64,000 nucleotides of DNA from an uncultured Holophaga sp. (GTDB lineage Bacteria; Acidobacteriota; Holophagae; Holophagales; Holophagaceae). The notes beneath the pieces were generated by a model, which was given only the letters and a program-made list of their open reading frames with translations, did no database searches and was not told where the DNA came from. The stretch spans positions 2,304,001 through 2,368,000 of the forward strand of contig OY761614.1 in NCBI GenBank assembly GCA_963664825.1. The letters are read 5' to 3'. The position numbers and the translations under genes are program-made. Every line of letters begins with the position of its first letter. The stretch's first letter is position 1. Of this stretch, positions 40,618 to 50,635 are shown one piece after another.

Positions 40618-43134
40618 ATGGCCCGAAAAAACCACACCTTCATCCCCCAGAAGCCCCGTTCCCAGAAGGGCAGGGATTCCGATGCCAGACCTCCTCGGCG
40701 CGCCGAAGGAGCCCAGGCCTCCGCTCGGCCCGGTGAGACCTTCGAGGCCACCTTCCTCGGTCACCCGGAGGGCATCGGCGGGTTCCTCCGCCCCCTGGGC
40801 ATGAAGAAGGGCGCGGGCCTGGATCTCCTGGTGGATTGGCGGGATGCGCATAGCGCCATCCACGGCGACAAGGTGCTGGCGGAAGTCTCCGGGGAAACCC
40901 GGGATGGCCGTCTTCGGGGGCGCATCCTCAAGGTGCTGGCCCGTCCCGAAAATCCCATCCCCGCGCGCCTGCAGAAGCAGGACTGGGGCTGGCAGGCCGT
41001 GCCGTTGGAACCGCGCATGCAGCAGATCATCAGCGTGCTGCCCACGGACTTGGCCATCGACGGCGATCTCGTGACCGTGAAACTGGACCCCGATCCCACG
41101 CTTCAGCAGATGAAGGGCGTGGTGGTGGCGCGCCTGGGCCGCCCCACGGATCTCAAGATTGAGAATAAGCTCACGGCGGCCCTCTTCAATCTGCGCACGG
41201 AATTCCCCACGACCGTCATGGACGAGCTGGCGCCCTTTCCCACGGAAATCCCCGAGGAATGGTGCCAGGGGCGTGAGGCCGGAGCAGGAGCGGAGGCCCA
41301 CCAGACCGAAGGTTCGGCCCAAGGGGCGCGGCCAAAGGAGTGGCCGCGTGAGGACCTGCGCGAGCTGCTCACGGTCACGGTGGATCCGCCCACGGCCAAG
41401 GATTTCGATGACGCCATCAGCCTGGAAGTACTGCCCCCAGAAGAGGGCGGAGGCTGGATCCTGGGCGTCCATATCGCCGATGTGAGCCACTACGTGCGGG
41501 AGGGTGGGCCCCTGGACCAGGAGGCCAATACCCGGGGCACCTCCGTGTATTTCCCGGACGAATGCATTCCCATGCTGCCCGAGCGCCTTTCGGGCGAACT
41601 GTGCAGCCTGCGCGAAGGGGTGGACCGCCTCACCATGACGGCCTGGATGACCATCTCGCCGAGGCTCGAGGTGATCGAGACCCGCTTTTCCGAAAGCGTC
41701 ATCCGCAGCCGCAAGCGCCTCACCTACGATCAGGTGAAGACGGCCTGCCTGGATCTGGACAAGCGCTTCCGCCGGGAACTGGGCGATGAGATCTGCGAGA
41801 TGCTCGATCAGGCACTGGTCCTCTCGCGCCAGCTCACGACGGAGCGCCTGCATCGGGGCGCGCTGAACCTGGATAGTGATGAGACGGAGTTCGTCTTCGG
41901 CGAGGATGGCCTGCCCATCGATGCCCGGGAATACGTCCACCACGATGCCCATCACATGATCGAGGAGTTCATGCTGCTGGCCAACGAGGCCGTGGCCACC
42001 TTCTTCACTCGGCTCAAGATCCCCACCATCTATCGCGTTCACGACGAGCCCGATCCCCTGAAGCTGGAAGTCTTCAAGGAGATCGCCACCAGCCTCGGCC
42101 TGATGAGCCCCCACGATACGCCGACGCCGGAGATCCTCAACGCCCTGCTGGACAAGATCCGCGGCGGGCCCCTGGAGGCCATGCTCAATACCATGCTGGT
42201 GCGCTCCCTGAAGCGCGCCGAATACAACGTGGAGAATATCGGCCACTCGGGTCTGGCCCTGGACGACTACCTGCACTTCACCAGCCCCATCCGCCGCTAC
42301 CCCGATCTCATCGTCCATCGCTGGCTGCGGAAGATCCTCCGCAAGCAGCCCGTGCCCGATGGCCTGCAGGGACAGCTGGCCATCACGGCCAAGCAGTGCA
42401 CGGATACCGAGCAGACCGCGACGGAAGCCGAGCGCGAGAACGACAAGTGGAAGACCTGCCTGCTGATGAAGGCCAAGATCGGCCAGAAGTTCGAAGCCCG
42501 GATCCAGGGATTTTCCCTGAAGGTGGCCTTCGTGCGCTTGGACAGCCCCTTCGTGGAAGTGGGCGTGCCCCTGGGCGCCTTGGGCGGCAACTTCGTGGTC
42601 GATGAACACCGCACCCGGGTCACCGGCATGGGGGGCCAGATGGTCCTCCAGATCGGCGACGCGGTGAAGGTGGAGATCACGGGCGTGGACGAGGATCTGC
42701 GCCGGGTTTCGGCCTGGGTGGTGGAGGCCCAGGCCTCCGACGCCAAGGGCAAGCGCACGGTCTTCACCCCCAGTCTCGCGGGGCCCGCCACTCTGCGAGA
42801 GGCCGACTTCGTGCCCGAGAAGCGCGGTGTCAGGGCCGGCGGCCAGCACAGGCGCGAAGAGAGGCCTACGGGCAGATCCCCCAAGGGGGTCCGGGAGGCG
42901 GGCCAATCCTCGCGCCCCGGGGAACACTCTTCCCGGCCAACAGCCAAGGCCGCCCGGCCTGGGGACCGTCCTGCTCGGCCTACCCAGCATGCCGATGCCC
43001 CTTCGGGGGAACGCCCCTCTCGGCCCAAGCGGGCGGGGGAACGCTCGAGGCCCAATGCCAAATCCAAACGATCCAGCAATCGTCCCTCAAGGGCTCCCAA
43101 GGGTAGTGTGCGGGGAGCCGCCAAGAAGAAATAG
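40618..43134 (+). CDS. rnr: Ribonuclease R
   Basis: DPPTAKDFDDA, HIADVSHY, HFTSPIRRYPDL, S1 domain, basic tail. Confidence 0.93.
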   Translation: MARKNHTFIPQKPRSQKGRDSDARPPRRAEGAQASARPGETFEATFLGHPEGIGGFLRPLGMKKGAGLDLLVDWRDAHSAIHGDKVLAEVSGETRDGRLRGRILKVLARPENPIPARLQKQDWGWQAVPLEPRMQQIISVLPTDLAIDGDLVTVKLDPDPTLQQMKGVVVARLGRPTDLKIENKLTAALFNLRTEFPTTVMDELAPFPTEIPEEWCQGREAGAGAEAHQTEGSAQGARPKEWPREDLRELLTVTVDPPTAKDFDDAISLEVLPPEEGGGWILGVHIADVSHYVREGGPLDQEANTRGTSVYFPDECIPMLPERLSGELCSLREGVDRLTMTAWMTISPRLEVIETRFSESVIRSRKRLTYDQVKTACLDLDKRFRRELGDEICEMLDQALVLSRQLTTERLHRGALNLDSDETEFVFGEDGLPIDAREYVHHDAHHMIEEFMLLANEAVATFFTRLKIPTIYRVHDEPDPLKLEVFKEIATSLGLMSPHDTPTPEILNALLDKIRGGPLEAMLNTMLVRSLKRAEYNVENIGHSGLALDDYLHFTSPIRRYPDLIVHRWLRKILRKQPVPDGLQGQLAITAKQCTDTEQTATEAERENDKWKTCLLMKAKIGQKFEARIQGFSLKVAFVRLDSPFVEVGVPLGALGGNFVVDEHRTRVTGMGGQMVLQIGDAVKVEITGVDEDLRRVSAWVVEAQASDAKGKRTVFTPSLAGPATLREADFVPEKRGVRAGGQHRREERPTGRSPKGVREAGQSSRPGEHSSRPTAKAARPGDRPARPTQHADAPSGERPSRPKRAGERSRPNAKSKRSSNRPSRAPKGSVRGAAKKK

Positions 43135-43137
43135 GGC

Positions 43138-44532
43138 TCAGCCCTTTGGGAGAGCCGTCTGCAGGGTGTGTTGCAGTTCCCTCATGAGGTAGGGTTTCTG
43201 CAGGAATATCGGGGGATTGGGCCCCTGGAATTCCTGCAGAATCTCCTGTGCACTGTATCCGCTGCACAGGATGACGGGTACATCCGCTCGCAGGCTGCGC
43301 ATGCGCTGGAAGGCCTCGTGGCCGTCCATGCGGGGCATGGTGAGGTCCATGAGCACCAGGTCGAAGCTCTCCCGGTTTGCCTCGAACTTATTCAGGGCAT
43401 CCAGGCCATCTGTAGCCGTGATGACGGTGAGACCGAGCGCCTCGAGGATGGAGGCGGTGGCTTCCAGGATCGCGGGCTCGTCATCCACCAGCAGTGTCTT
43501 GCCATTGAAGCGTGAGGGTGCTTCGGCCTTGGCCTTTTGGGCAGCGGGTGCGAGCTCGGGGTGGGCAGGGAAGAAGAGCTGGAAACAGGAGCCCCGTCCC
43601 TCCTCCGTATCGATATGGATGCCGCCCCCGTGTGCCCGCAGGATCCCCAGCATGGCCGAAAGCCCCAGGCCGTGTCCGGTCTGTTTGGTCGTGAAGAAAG
43701 GATCGAAGATGTGCGTCAGGGTCTGGGGGCTCATGCCACAACCCGAATCGCTCACGGTTAGCACCACAAAAGGGCCCGGGTGAAGGGCCTGCAACGGAAT
43801 GGTCGAGGCGAGGCCGAACTCGTCCAGATCCTGGGCGTGCGTGGACAGAGTGATGGCACCCTGGGCGTCTCCGATGGCATCGGAGGCGTTGGTGACGAGG
43901 TTCATGACCACCTGCTGGATCTGGGCGACATCGGCTTCGATGGCCGGCAGGTTCGGGGCCAGATGAAAGTGCAGGGCGATCTTCTTGGAGATGGAGACCT
44001 GAAGCAGTTGAGTCGTTTCCCTGACCAGCTGGTTGAGGTCCTGGGGTGTGACCACGTACTGGCCCCGCCCGGAATAGGCGAGCATCTGCCGGGTGAGTTC
44101 GGAGGCCTTGAGGACCGTCTTCTCGATGTTCTCCAGACAGGGGAGGGCATTGGTTTCCCTGGGGAGTGCCTTCCTGGCGAGATCCAGGTTTCCGAGGATG
44201 GCGGTGAGCAGATTGTTGAAGTCGTGGGCGATGCCTCCGGCGAGGATCCCCAGGCTCTCCATCTTCTGGGCCTGGCGCAGGTGCGCCTCCGCCCGCTTGG
44301 CCGAGGCGATATCCCGGCTCACGAGGCCGTACAGCATGATGGCCGTGACGGCGACGAATCCCCAGCCCTTCAGGGTGGCCAGGCGCGTGAAGGTGGCTGG
44401 ATCCGTGGCGAACATCCCCAGGAGGGAGTCCGAGGCGATGATCCACAGCCCCGCGGTCAGGGCATAGATGACCGCAGTCCTCAGACCGGTATCATCCAGG
44501 AAACGGTGGGCAATGCGTTTCAGAAGGTCCAT
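43138..44532 (-). CDS. Membrane hybrid histidine kinase (HisKA-HATPase-REC)
   Basis: QKMESLG..HDFNN, NLVTNA, DPFFTTK, C-terminal receiver. Confidence 0.92.
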   Translation of the reverse strand: MDLLKRIAHRFLDDTGLRTAVIYALTAGLWIIASDSLLGMFATDPATFTRLATLKGWGFVAVTAIMLYGLVSRDIASAKRAEAHLRQAQKMESLGILAGGIAHDFNNLLTAILGNLDLARKALPRETNALPCLENIEKTVLKASELTRQMLAYSGRGQYVVTPQDLNQLVRETTQLLQVSISKKIALHFHLAPNLPAIEADVAQIQQVVMNLVTNASDAIGDAQGAITLSTHAQDLDEFGLASTIPLQALHPGPFVVLTVSDSGCGMSPQTLTHIFDPFFTTKQTGHGLGLSAMLGILRAHGGGIHIDTEEGRGSCFQLFFPAHPELAPAAQKAKAEAPSRFNGKTLLVDDEPAILEATASILEALGLTVITATDGLDALNKFEANRESFDLVLMDLTMPRMDGHEAFQRMRSLRADVPVILCSGYSAQEILQEFQGPNPPIFLQKPYLMRELQHTLQTALPKG

Positions 44533-44624
44533 ATGGATCTCAACAGAGGCCGGAAAGCATACCACTCAGGCTGCTTCCTCTCGTGGTGAGGAATGGCGGC
44601 CGCCTCTGCAGGGACCCCCGGGAC

Positions 44625-44903
44625 TCAGCGCCCCAGGCCCGCCAGGTCCTTGGCCAGGGCGCCGAGATCGGCCCGCCCCTCCACCAGGGCTGGGCCAGCC
44701 GTGCCGCCGCTGCCAGGCAGATCGACGCTCAGCACCGTGTGGTCGCGGGAGAGTTCCGCGGCCGTGGCCGACCAGACTTCCTTATTGCCGCCGAAGCCAT
44801 GGATGAGCATGATCCCGGGGCCCCTGCCGGCCTTGACGAAGGCGGGGGGTGCCCCCTGGAGGCTGAATACGGCGAGAAATAGGACCAGGGCCCGGATGCT
44901 CAT
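44625..44903 (-). pseudogene. Truncated alpha/beta hydrolase
   Basis: LIHGFGG..W, VDLPGSG; stops before the GxSxG nucleophile. Confidence 0.7.
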
Positions 44904-45014
44904 GAGATCCTCCTATTATCCCATTGGGCCTCCTAATATCCGTCATCCCGCGGGCCCGTCAACTTCGGCTAGGCCCTTCTTGGTCTGCTTTATCAGCCCC
45001 CCTGGTGATCCTCA

Positions 45015-45512
45015 ATGCCTGCGACTCCCGCCCTCCCCTCCATCTGCCTCGGCGTCGATCCCGGCTCCCTGGCCTGTGGTTGGGCGGTGGTCTCGCGCTT
45101 CGGTTCCCGCATGGAACTCCTGGCCTCGGGAGTCATCCGCAATCCCTCGGGGACCGACTTCGATCAGCGCATCCTCCGCATCCACCGGAAGCTCAGCGAG
45201 GTCATCGCGGAGCAGGCTCCCACCTTCATGGCCGTGGAATCGCCCTTCGTGGAGAAGAACGCGGCCACGGCCCTGAAGCTGGGCCAGATCCGGGGCGGGA
45301 TCCTTCTCACGGGGGCGCTCCATGGCTTGTCCGTGGGGGACTACAACCCCATGCAGGTGAAGAAGGCCGTCAGCGGCTATGGTTGGGCCGACAAGAACCA
45401 GGTGGGGAAGATGGTGCAGGTGCTCCTCAACCTCAAGGACCCCCTGCCTACCGACGCCGCCGACGCCGCCGCCGTGGCGATCGGACATTTGCTCGCGACC
45501 AGGAAGGGCTGA
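45015..45512 (+). CDS. ruvC: Holliday junction resolvase
   Basis: GVDPG, AVE, VKKAVSGYG.ADK, DAADAAAVA. Confidence 0.95.
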   Translation: MPATPALPSICLGVDPGSLACGWAVVSRFGSRMELLASGVIRNPSGTDFDQRILRIHRKLSEVIAEQAPTFMAVESPFVEKNAATALKLGQIRGGILLTGALHGLSVGDYNPMQVKKAVSGYGWADKNQVGKMVQVLLNLKDPLPTDAADAAAVAIGHLLATRKG

Positions 45513-45656
45513 ACGCCGATCGCCACTCCCGCCTATCGCAGGCTCCACCGGAGCCTGCTTCCTGGTCGCTTGGGCCTGGGGCCCCGCGTTCCCAGAGGCG
45601 GGACGATCGGGCATCTCCTAGCCACGCGGCGGGGCTGAAGAATCGCCACTTCCGCC

Positions 45657-47144
45657 TCAGATATCCTTCACGCCCCCCTGGGCCTTGGGTTTCTGGGGGA
45701 GGCGCTGATGGATGCCTTCGAGCTCATCCTGGCGGGCGCCCATGCTGGGGCGGGGAGGCGGGGGCGTCTTGGGCTTGGGGGGCGGGGGACTCTGATCCTT
45801 CTGCAGGGCCTGGAGATTGTGGACGGCCTCTTCGCGGCCCGGCTGCTCCTTCAGGAGGCGCTCCAGGAGGGACTGGGCCTCCGCGTTCTGGTCCAGGGCG
45901 TAGTGGGCCCGGGCCGCCAGCAACAGGGCGGGGCCCCGCCAATCGGGCACGGGGCGGGGCACGCCCTGGCCGGTGAGGGGCGCCAGGGCTTCTAGGGCCT
46001 CCTTGTATGCGCGGGTCTTCAGATCGATCTGGGCCGCCAGCAGGCGCTGATGGGGTGCGTGTCCGCTGGGTTTCCAGCGCCGGGCGGCCGGGAGATCGCC
46101 CCGGTCCAGGGCCGTCTGGGCAAGCCAGGCCTTCACTCCCTGGGGCAGGGGCCATTCGGCGCGCGCCGGGGAGGTCAGTGCCCCCGCCAGGAGCAGTCCC
46201 AGGATGGGGCGCCAGGCCCGCATGGGTTTACCCGCCGCCAGGAGCCAGAGCGCCAGGCCCAGCAGGGCCATCCACGCCCCCCATTCCGGGTGGGCCGGTT
46301 GTAGGCTGCGGGCCACGGGCAGGGGTTCCTTGCCTTGGGCGAGTCTGGCAAGGAAGCCCGCCAGGTCGTCCCCGGGGGCGAAGGCGCGGCCTCCAGAGCC
46401 CTCGGCGAGCTGCTTGAGGAATGCGGGCTGGGCGGTGCTGGTGGCGGGTTCCTTGCTGTCCTCGCTGGAAGACGCACCGGGCACGGCCTGGGGGCTCGGC
46501 TGGCCGAAGGCCACGGTGTAGAGGGGGAGCTTGGCCTTATTCAAAAAGCCCGTGGCTCGGGGCAGGGCATCGGCCTGGGTCTCCCAGGTCTCCTCCCCGT
46601 CGCTGAGGAGCAGGATCACCGCCGGGGCCTTTTTGTCGGCCTGGGCGGCGATCTGGGGCAGGCCGCGGCCCAGGCTGGTGCCGGGGCTGCCAATCTCCCC
46701 GGGGTCCACCGCCCGCAGCGCGTCCCGCAGGAGGGCCCGGTCTTCCCCCGGGGGCATCAGGGGGATGGTGTCCCCGGTGAGTAGATCCAGTCCGAAGCGC
46801 ACGCCCGGGATGGGCTGGCTCCACAGGTGATCCAGGGTCCCCAGGGCGGCCGCCCACCGCGTCCTGCCTCCGGCGTCCTGCACGAGCATGGAGCGGCTGG
46901 CGTCCACCACTACGTGGACCGTGAGGCGCGGCACTTCAGGCAGGCCGTAGCGGGGCTCCGCCAATCCCAGGGAGGCCCCCGCCAGCACCAGGGCCACGCC
47001 CAGGCCCTGCAGCAGGGGTTTCTGCCCCACCACGCTGACACCGATGCCCGGCCGCAGCTGAGCCCAGAAACCCAGCAGCAGCGCCAGCAGCGCCAGGGCC
47101 AGGCCCGGGAGCAGGAGGAGGGGATGGGAGAAGGTTTGGGTCAC
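45657..47144 (-). CDS. VWA plus TPR protein (BatB/BatC-like)
   Basis: MIDAS DASRSM, LSDGE, C-terminal TPR. Confidence 0.8.
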   Translation of the reverse strand: MTQTFSHPLLLLPGLALALLALLLGFWAQLRPGIGVSVVGQKPLLQGLGVALVLAGASLGLAEPRYGLPEVPRLTVHVVVDASRSMLVQDAGGRTRWAAALGTLDHLWSQPIPGVRFGLDLLTGDTIPLMPPGEDRALLRDALRAVDPGEIGSPGTSLGRGLPQIAAQADKKAPAVILLLSDGEETWETQADALPRATGFLNKAKLPLYTVAFGQPSPQAVPGASSSEDSKEPATSTAQPAFLKQLAEGSGGRAFAPGDDLAGFLARLAQGKEPLPVARSLQPAHPEWGAWMALLGLALWLLAAGKPMRAWRPILGLLLAGALTSPARAEWPLPQGVKAWLAQTALDRGDLPAARRWKPSGHAPHQRLLAAQIDLKTRAYKEALEALAPLTGQGVPRPVPDWRGPALLLAARAHYALDQNAEAQSLLERLLKEQPGREEAVHNLQALQKDQSPPPPKPKTPPPPRPSMGARQDELEGIHQRLPQKPKAQGGVKDI

Positions 47145-50100
47145 GGCTCACCCCAGGCCGCGTCCACGGCCCTGTCCAGCTCGGCTTCGAGCTTCTGGAT
47201 CTGGGCGTGCAGTTCCAGCATGGGCTCCCGGGTTTCGCGCCAGGCCTGGATCAGGTAGGCCCGGTCGCCCATGGTGGCGTCCTTCTGCTTCCTGCCCTGG
47301 CGCTTCAGGGCTTCGGCCAGCAGCGTGGTCTCATCCAGGGTCCAGAAATGCTCCAGGCCCTCGCCCAGGGGCGCGCAGCGCCAGGGCGCGTCCCTGCGCA
47401 GGAAACGCGTGAAAGCATGGCGATGGGCTTCGAAGGTGGTGGCCAGCCCACTCAGACGCTTCGCCAGTCCCGCCACATCCTGGGAATGGGGGGGAATATT
47501 TAGTTGCTCAATCGCGTAACGCTTCAGCCGAATACGACCGCCTTGGCTTGGATCTCCGAGGCTAGCGGCGATTGTTGAAATAGCCTGCCAGGCGTAGCGA
47601 GAGTTCAAGACCCCAAGCAGAAAATAATCGGCCTTGGGGATAGAGAATGTCGTATCTGCCTGGAAGTTGGACGAATCCATAGAGAACCGAGGCTCCATGG
47701 CCATGTCGGGCCACAACAATTTTTCACTTCCGAAAAATGGTTCGTACGCCTCCTGGGCCTGCTGCAACTCGAACCACGCCTGCTTTGTGGCGCGGTGATC
47801 TAATCCAACGTCTTCCATCTCGCCGGTGCGCTTGTTGAACTTCTTGAAACTTCGGAAGGGCTCCATATGGGCTGCCACGGCGGGGAAGCGATCGCGGAAG
47901 GCTTCTTCCGTGTAGCGGTTCTTCGGCGTGTAGATGAGGAAGCGGGGTTCGTCCTGGCGGATCGCCCAGCGGCGCACCTCGTCGCCGATGGCCAGGGGCT
48001 TGAGGAGTTGCCCGGCCTCGGGATTCCTTGCGGTGATGGCGTCCCGTTGGTCCTGATTGATCCAGAAGGCGTCGTTGAGACCCGTCTTGATGCCCCAGCA
48101 GATGGGCGTCTCGCCCAAATATTCCCGCAGGGATAGGCCCTTACTCTTCCGCGAGGCGAAGGCCGCGCCTCTGGCCTCGCTCACCAGCAGCCAGGCTTCT
48201 TCACTGAGTTGTGCGGGGAGCACGGATACGGCGTGGCGGGCCTCGAGGGTCTCCAGTTCCAGATCGCTGCCGGGCAGTTCCGTGATCTGTGTGAATCGCA
48301 GGGCGTTGTCTTGACCGGCGGGCTGTTTTTCCCCTACCAGGATCACGGGCATCACAGCCGCAGCCTCGAAGACGGGCAATTCGCCGAAATCCAGCAGCCG
48401 TTCCAGTCTCAGGTTTGATTTCAGATAGGCTCGGGAAGGGGCGCCGTACTTGGCCCTCAGCCACTTGTTGCTCACGATGATGCCGTAGCGCCCACCTTCC
48501 TTCAAGAGTTCCAGGCTGAGCTGGAAGAAATAGCAGTAGAGATCGGCGCGCTCCTCATGGACGGCGGCGAAGCGGTTTTTCAAACCCTCTTTCTGATCCT
48601 TGAAAAGTTCCATGCGGACATAGGGCGGATTTCCGATCACGGCGTCGAAGGCCACGCCGGGGAAGAGATCGTCCCAGTTTGAAGCCAGGCTGTCGGCGGT
48701 TTTCAGGCGATCGGATAGGTCCGAGAGCTTGCGGTCCTTGCGGACGGTTCCCAGCCACAGGGAGAGTTGGGCCAGCATGACGGCTTCGGGGTGCAGATCC
48801 ACGCCGAAGAAACAGCGTTCGAAGTTGAGGAGGTCCTGGAGTCGAGCCATAGCGCGCCTCCTGGGGGAGTCATGGGCCACCACCCGGAGACCGGGGAAGT
48901 CCTCGTGGACTGCGTCGCGGGTATCGGGCAGATGAGAGGCCAGGGCCAGGGCGCCGCGATAGTCGGGCTCCAGCAGTTCACGCAGCACTCGCAGGCCCAT
49001 GGCGAGAAAGGCCCCGCTACCGCAAGCGGGATCCAGGATGTGCAGACGGGAGACGCCGTCCCATAGGGAGTGGAAGGCTTCCAGGTCCCAATGGGCCTGG
49101 GCTTCCAAGTCCCCTTCGGGCCGGGGCCCATGGGTGGTGGTTGTTCGATCCATGGATTCGGTGCGACAGCGCGTTACCAGAGGCGCCAGTACCTGTCGAC
49201 AGATGTAGCGGGTCACCCAATCTGGGGTGTAGTAGATGCCGTGCTCGTGGCGAGTGTCCTGGTGGGTGGCTGCGGCTAGATCGAGATCGGCCAGGCTGGA
49301 TTCGAAGCAGTGGCCCAGGATGGACACCGGCAGTTCGGTGACGAAATCCTTGTCGGCCAGTTTCAGGAGTTCCCGAGCCAGATTCTCGGGCAACGCCATT
49401 CCTGATGAATCCACCACCGGATCTCTGCGAAACAGGCCCCCGTTGAAACCTGGGATGACCAGTTCGGTATCCCGGCCCACGAAGGCACTGCGGAACCCCT
49501 TGTCTAGGTGCTTGAACAGCTGCATCAGATTGCGGTGGACGGGCTTTTCTTCCAGACGGCTGAAGTGTTCGGAGAGTTCTACCAGAAGGCCCTCGGGCAA
49601 CAGGTGACGACTTTGGGCGAAGCCTGCGAACAGGGTGCGGTCCAGGAGCTTCTGAGCGGCTTGGAGGGCCTTGGTTGTGGCACTGGGATCGTCGGCGTCC
49701 TTCAGTAGGCGTTCGTAATGATTTCGGGCTTTATCGCGCAGGGTGCGGAACTCGGTATAGAAGGCCCGGGTGATCTTCTCCTGGTCCAAGGGGGCGGCCT
49801 GGATGAGATCCAGTAGCTTGGGACGTCCTCCGGCATGGTCTGGCAGCAGACGAGCGGGGCTTAGGAAGAAGAAGAGTTCCTTCAGGAGGTTGTCCTGGTC
49901 CTCGTGATTGAGGCGGTGGAACTCGAAGCGCCAGGCGCGGAGCTGGCGGGTTTCCCTGGCGTACAAACGGATTTCCTTGAAGTTGGAAACCAAAATGAAC
50001 TCAGCGTCGATGTGCTTGTCGGCGTAGGAAAACCCCTGCTGCACGGGAGACATGGCGTAGGGACCCTTGGGAGCCTTATCCAGATCTTCGTTGCCGTCCT

Positions 50101-50437
50101 TCAATTCGAGGACGGCGTAGGTGGCATTCTCGGCCTCCCGACCTCCGAAGCGGCCTATGGAAGCATCGGGACGATCCGCATCCAGTTCGGTCTTCTGCTC
50201 CTCGCGAAAATCGAAGACTTGATCGGTGGCCACGGCGCCATTGGGGCGGTAGCCCAGCCCGCGTTCGAACAGGAGATTCAGGAACTGGCTGCGGTTCTGC
50301 AGCTCCCTGAGCTTGCCTTGATAGTTCGAGAGCCGGTCCGCCCATTCCAGCGCGGCTTGCTTGAGTTCATCCGGTACCACGACTTCCTTGAGAAAGGCGG
50401 CGAGGCGGGAAGGTGGAATGAGGGGCGAAAGGGGCAT
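47141..50437 (-). CDS. Type IIG restriction-modification enzyme (Eco57I-like, fused REase and N6-MTase)
   Basis: RPD..ELK nuclease motif; YYTP, ILDPACGSGAF, GNPPY, DLYCYF; C-terminal TRD. Confidence 0.9.
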   Translation of the reverse strand: MPLSPLIPPSRLAAFLKEVVVPDELKQAALEWADRLSNYQGKLRELQNRSQFLNLLFERGLGYRPNGAVATDQVFDFREEQKTELDADRPDASIGRFGGREAENATYAVLELKDGNEDLDKAPKGPYAMSPVQQGFSYADKHIDAEFILVSNFKEIRLYARETRQLRAWRFEFHRLNHEDQDNLLKELFFFLSPARLLPDHAGGRPKLLDLIQAAPLDQEKITRAFYTEFRTLRDKARNHYERLLKDADDPSATTKALQAAQKLLDRTLFAGFAQSRHLLPEGLLVELSEHFSRLEEKPVHRNLMQLFKHLDKGFRSAFVGRDTELVIPGFNGGLFRRDPVVDSSGMALPENLARELLKLADKDFVTELPVSILGHCFESSLADLDLAAATHQDTRHEHGIYYTPDWVTRYICRQVLAPLVTRCRTESMDRTTTTHGPRPEGDLEAQAHWDLEAFHSLWDGVSRLHILDPACGSGAFLAMGLRVLRELLEPDYRGALALASHLPDTRDAVHEDFPGLRVVAHDSPRRRAMARLQDLLNFERCFFGVDLHPEAVMLAQLSLWLGTVRKDRKLSDLSDRLKTADSLASNWDDLFPGVAFDAVIGNPPYVRMELFKDQKEGLKNRFAAVHEERADLYCYFFQLSLELLKEGGRYGIIVSNKWLRAKYGAPSRAYLKSNLRLERLLDFGELPVFEAAAVMPVILVGEKQPAGQDNALRFTQITELPGSDLELETLEARHAVSVLPAQLSEEAWLLVSEARGAAFASRKSKGLSLREYLGETPICWGIKTGLNDAFWINQDQRDAITARNPEAGQLLKPLAIGDEVRRWAIRQDEPRFLIYTPKNRYTEEAFRDRFPAVAAHMEPFRSFKKFNKRTGEMEDVGLDHRATKQAWFELQQAQEAYEPFFGSEKLLWPDMAMEPRFSMDSSNFQADTTFSIPKADYFLLGVLNSRYAWQAISTIAASLGDPSQGGRIRLKRYAIEQLNIPPHSQDVAGLAKRLSGLATTFEAHRHAFTRFLRRDAPWRCAPLGEGLEHFWTLDETTLLAEALKRQGRKQKDATMGDRAYLIQAWRETREPMLELHAQIQKLEAELDRAVDAAWGEP

Positions 50438-50466
50438 GGGCTAAGGTTCCGATTTCAAAAGAGATT

Positions 50467-50630
50467 CACCACGGAGGGCAGGGAGAAAAACGGGAGAAGG
50501 CCAGAGGAGAAAGGAAAGGAGAGTGGGCTATCGGGGGGCTTGGGTTCAAGGTTTGAGTCGTTTTACCTGTTTTTGTTCTTTCTCTATGCTTGCTCCGCTT
50601 CTACTCCGTGTTCTCTGTGCCTCCGTGGTG
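50467..50630. repeat. Family B palindromic element directly upstream of the R-M gene
   Basis: caccacggagggcagggag ... ctctgtgcctccgtggtg arms; purine-rich left half, pyrimidine-rich right half. Confidence 0.8.
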
Positions 50631-50635
50631 GTTTT

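Noticed and set aside
42830..43134. Basic low-complexity tail of rnr
   Set aside because: A normal feature of RNase R
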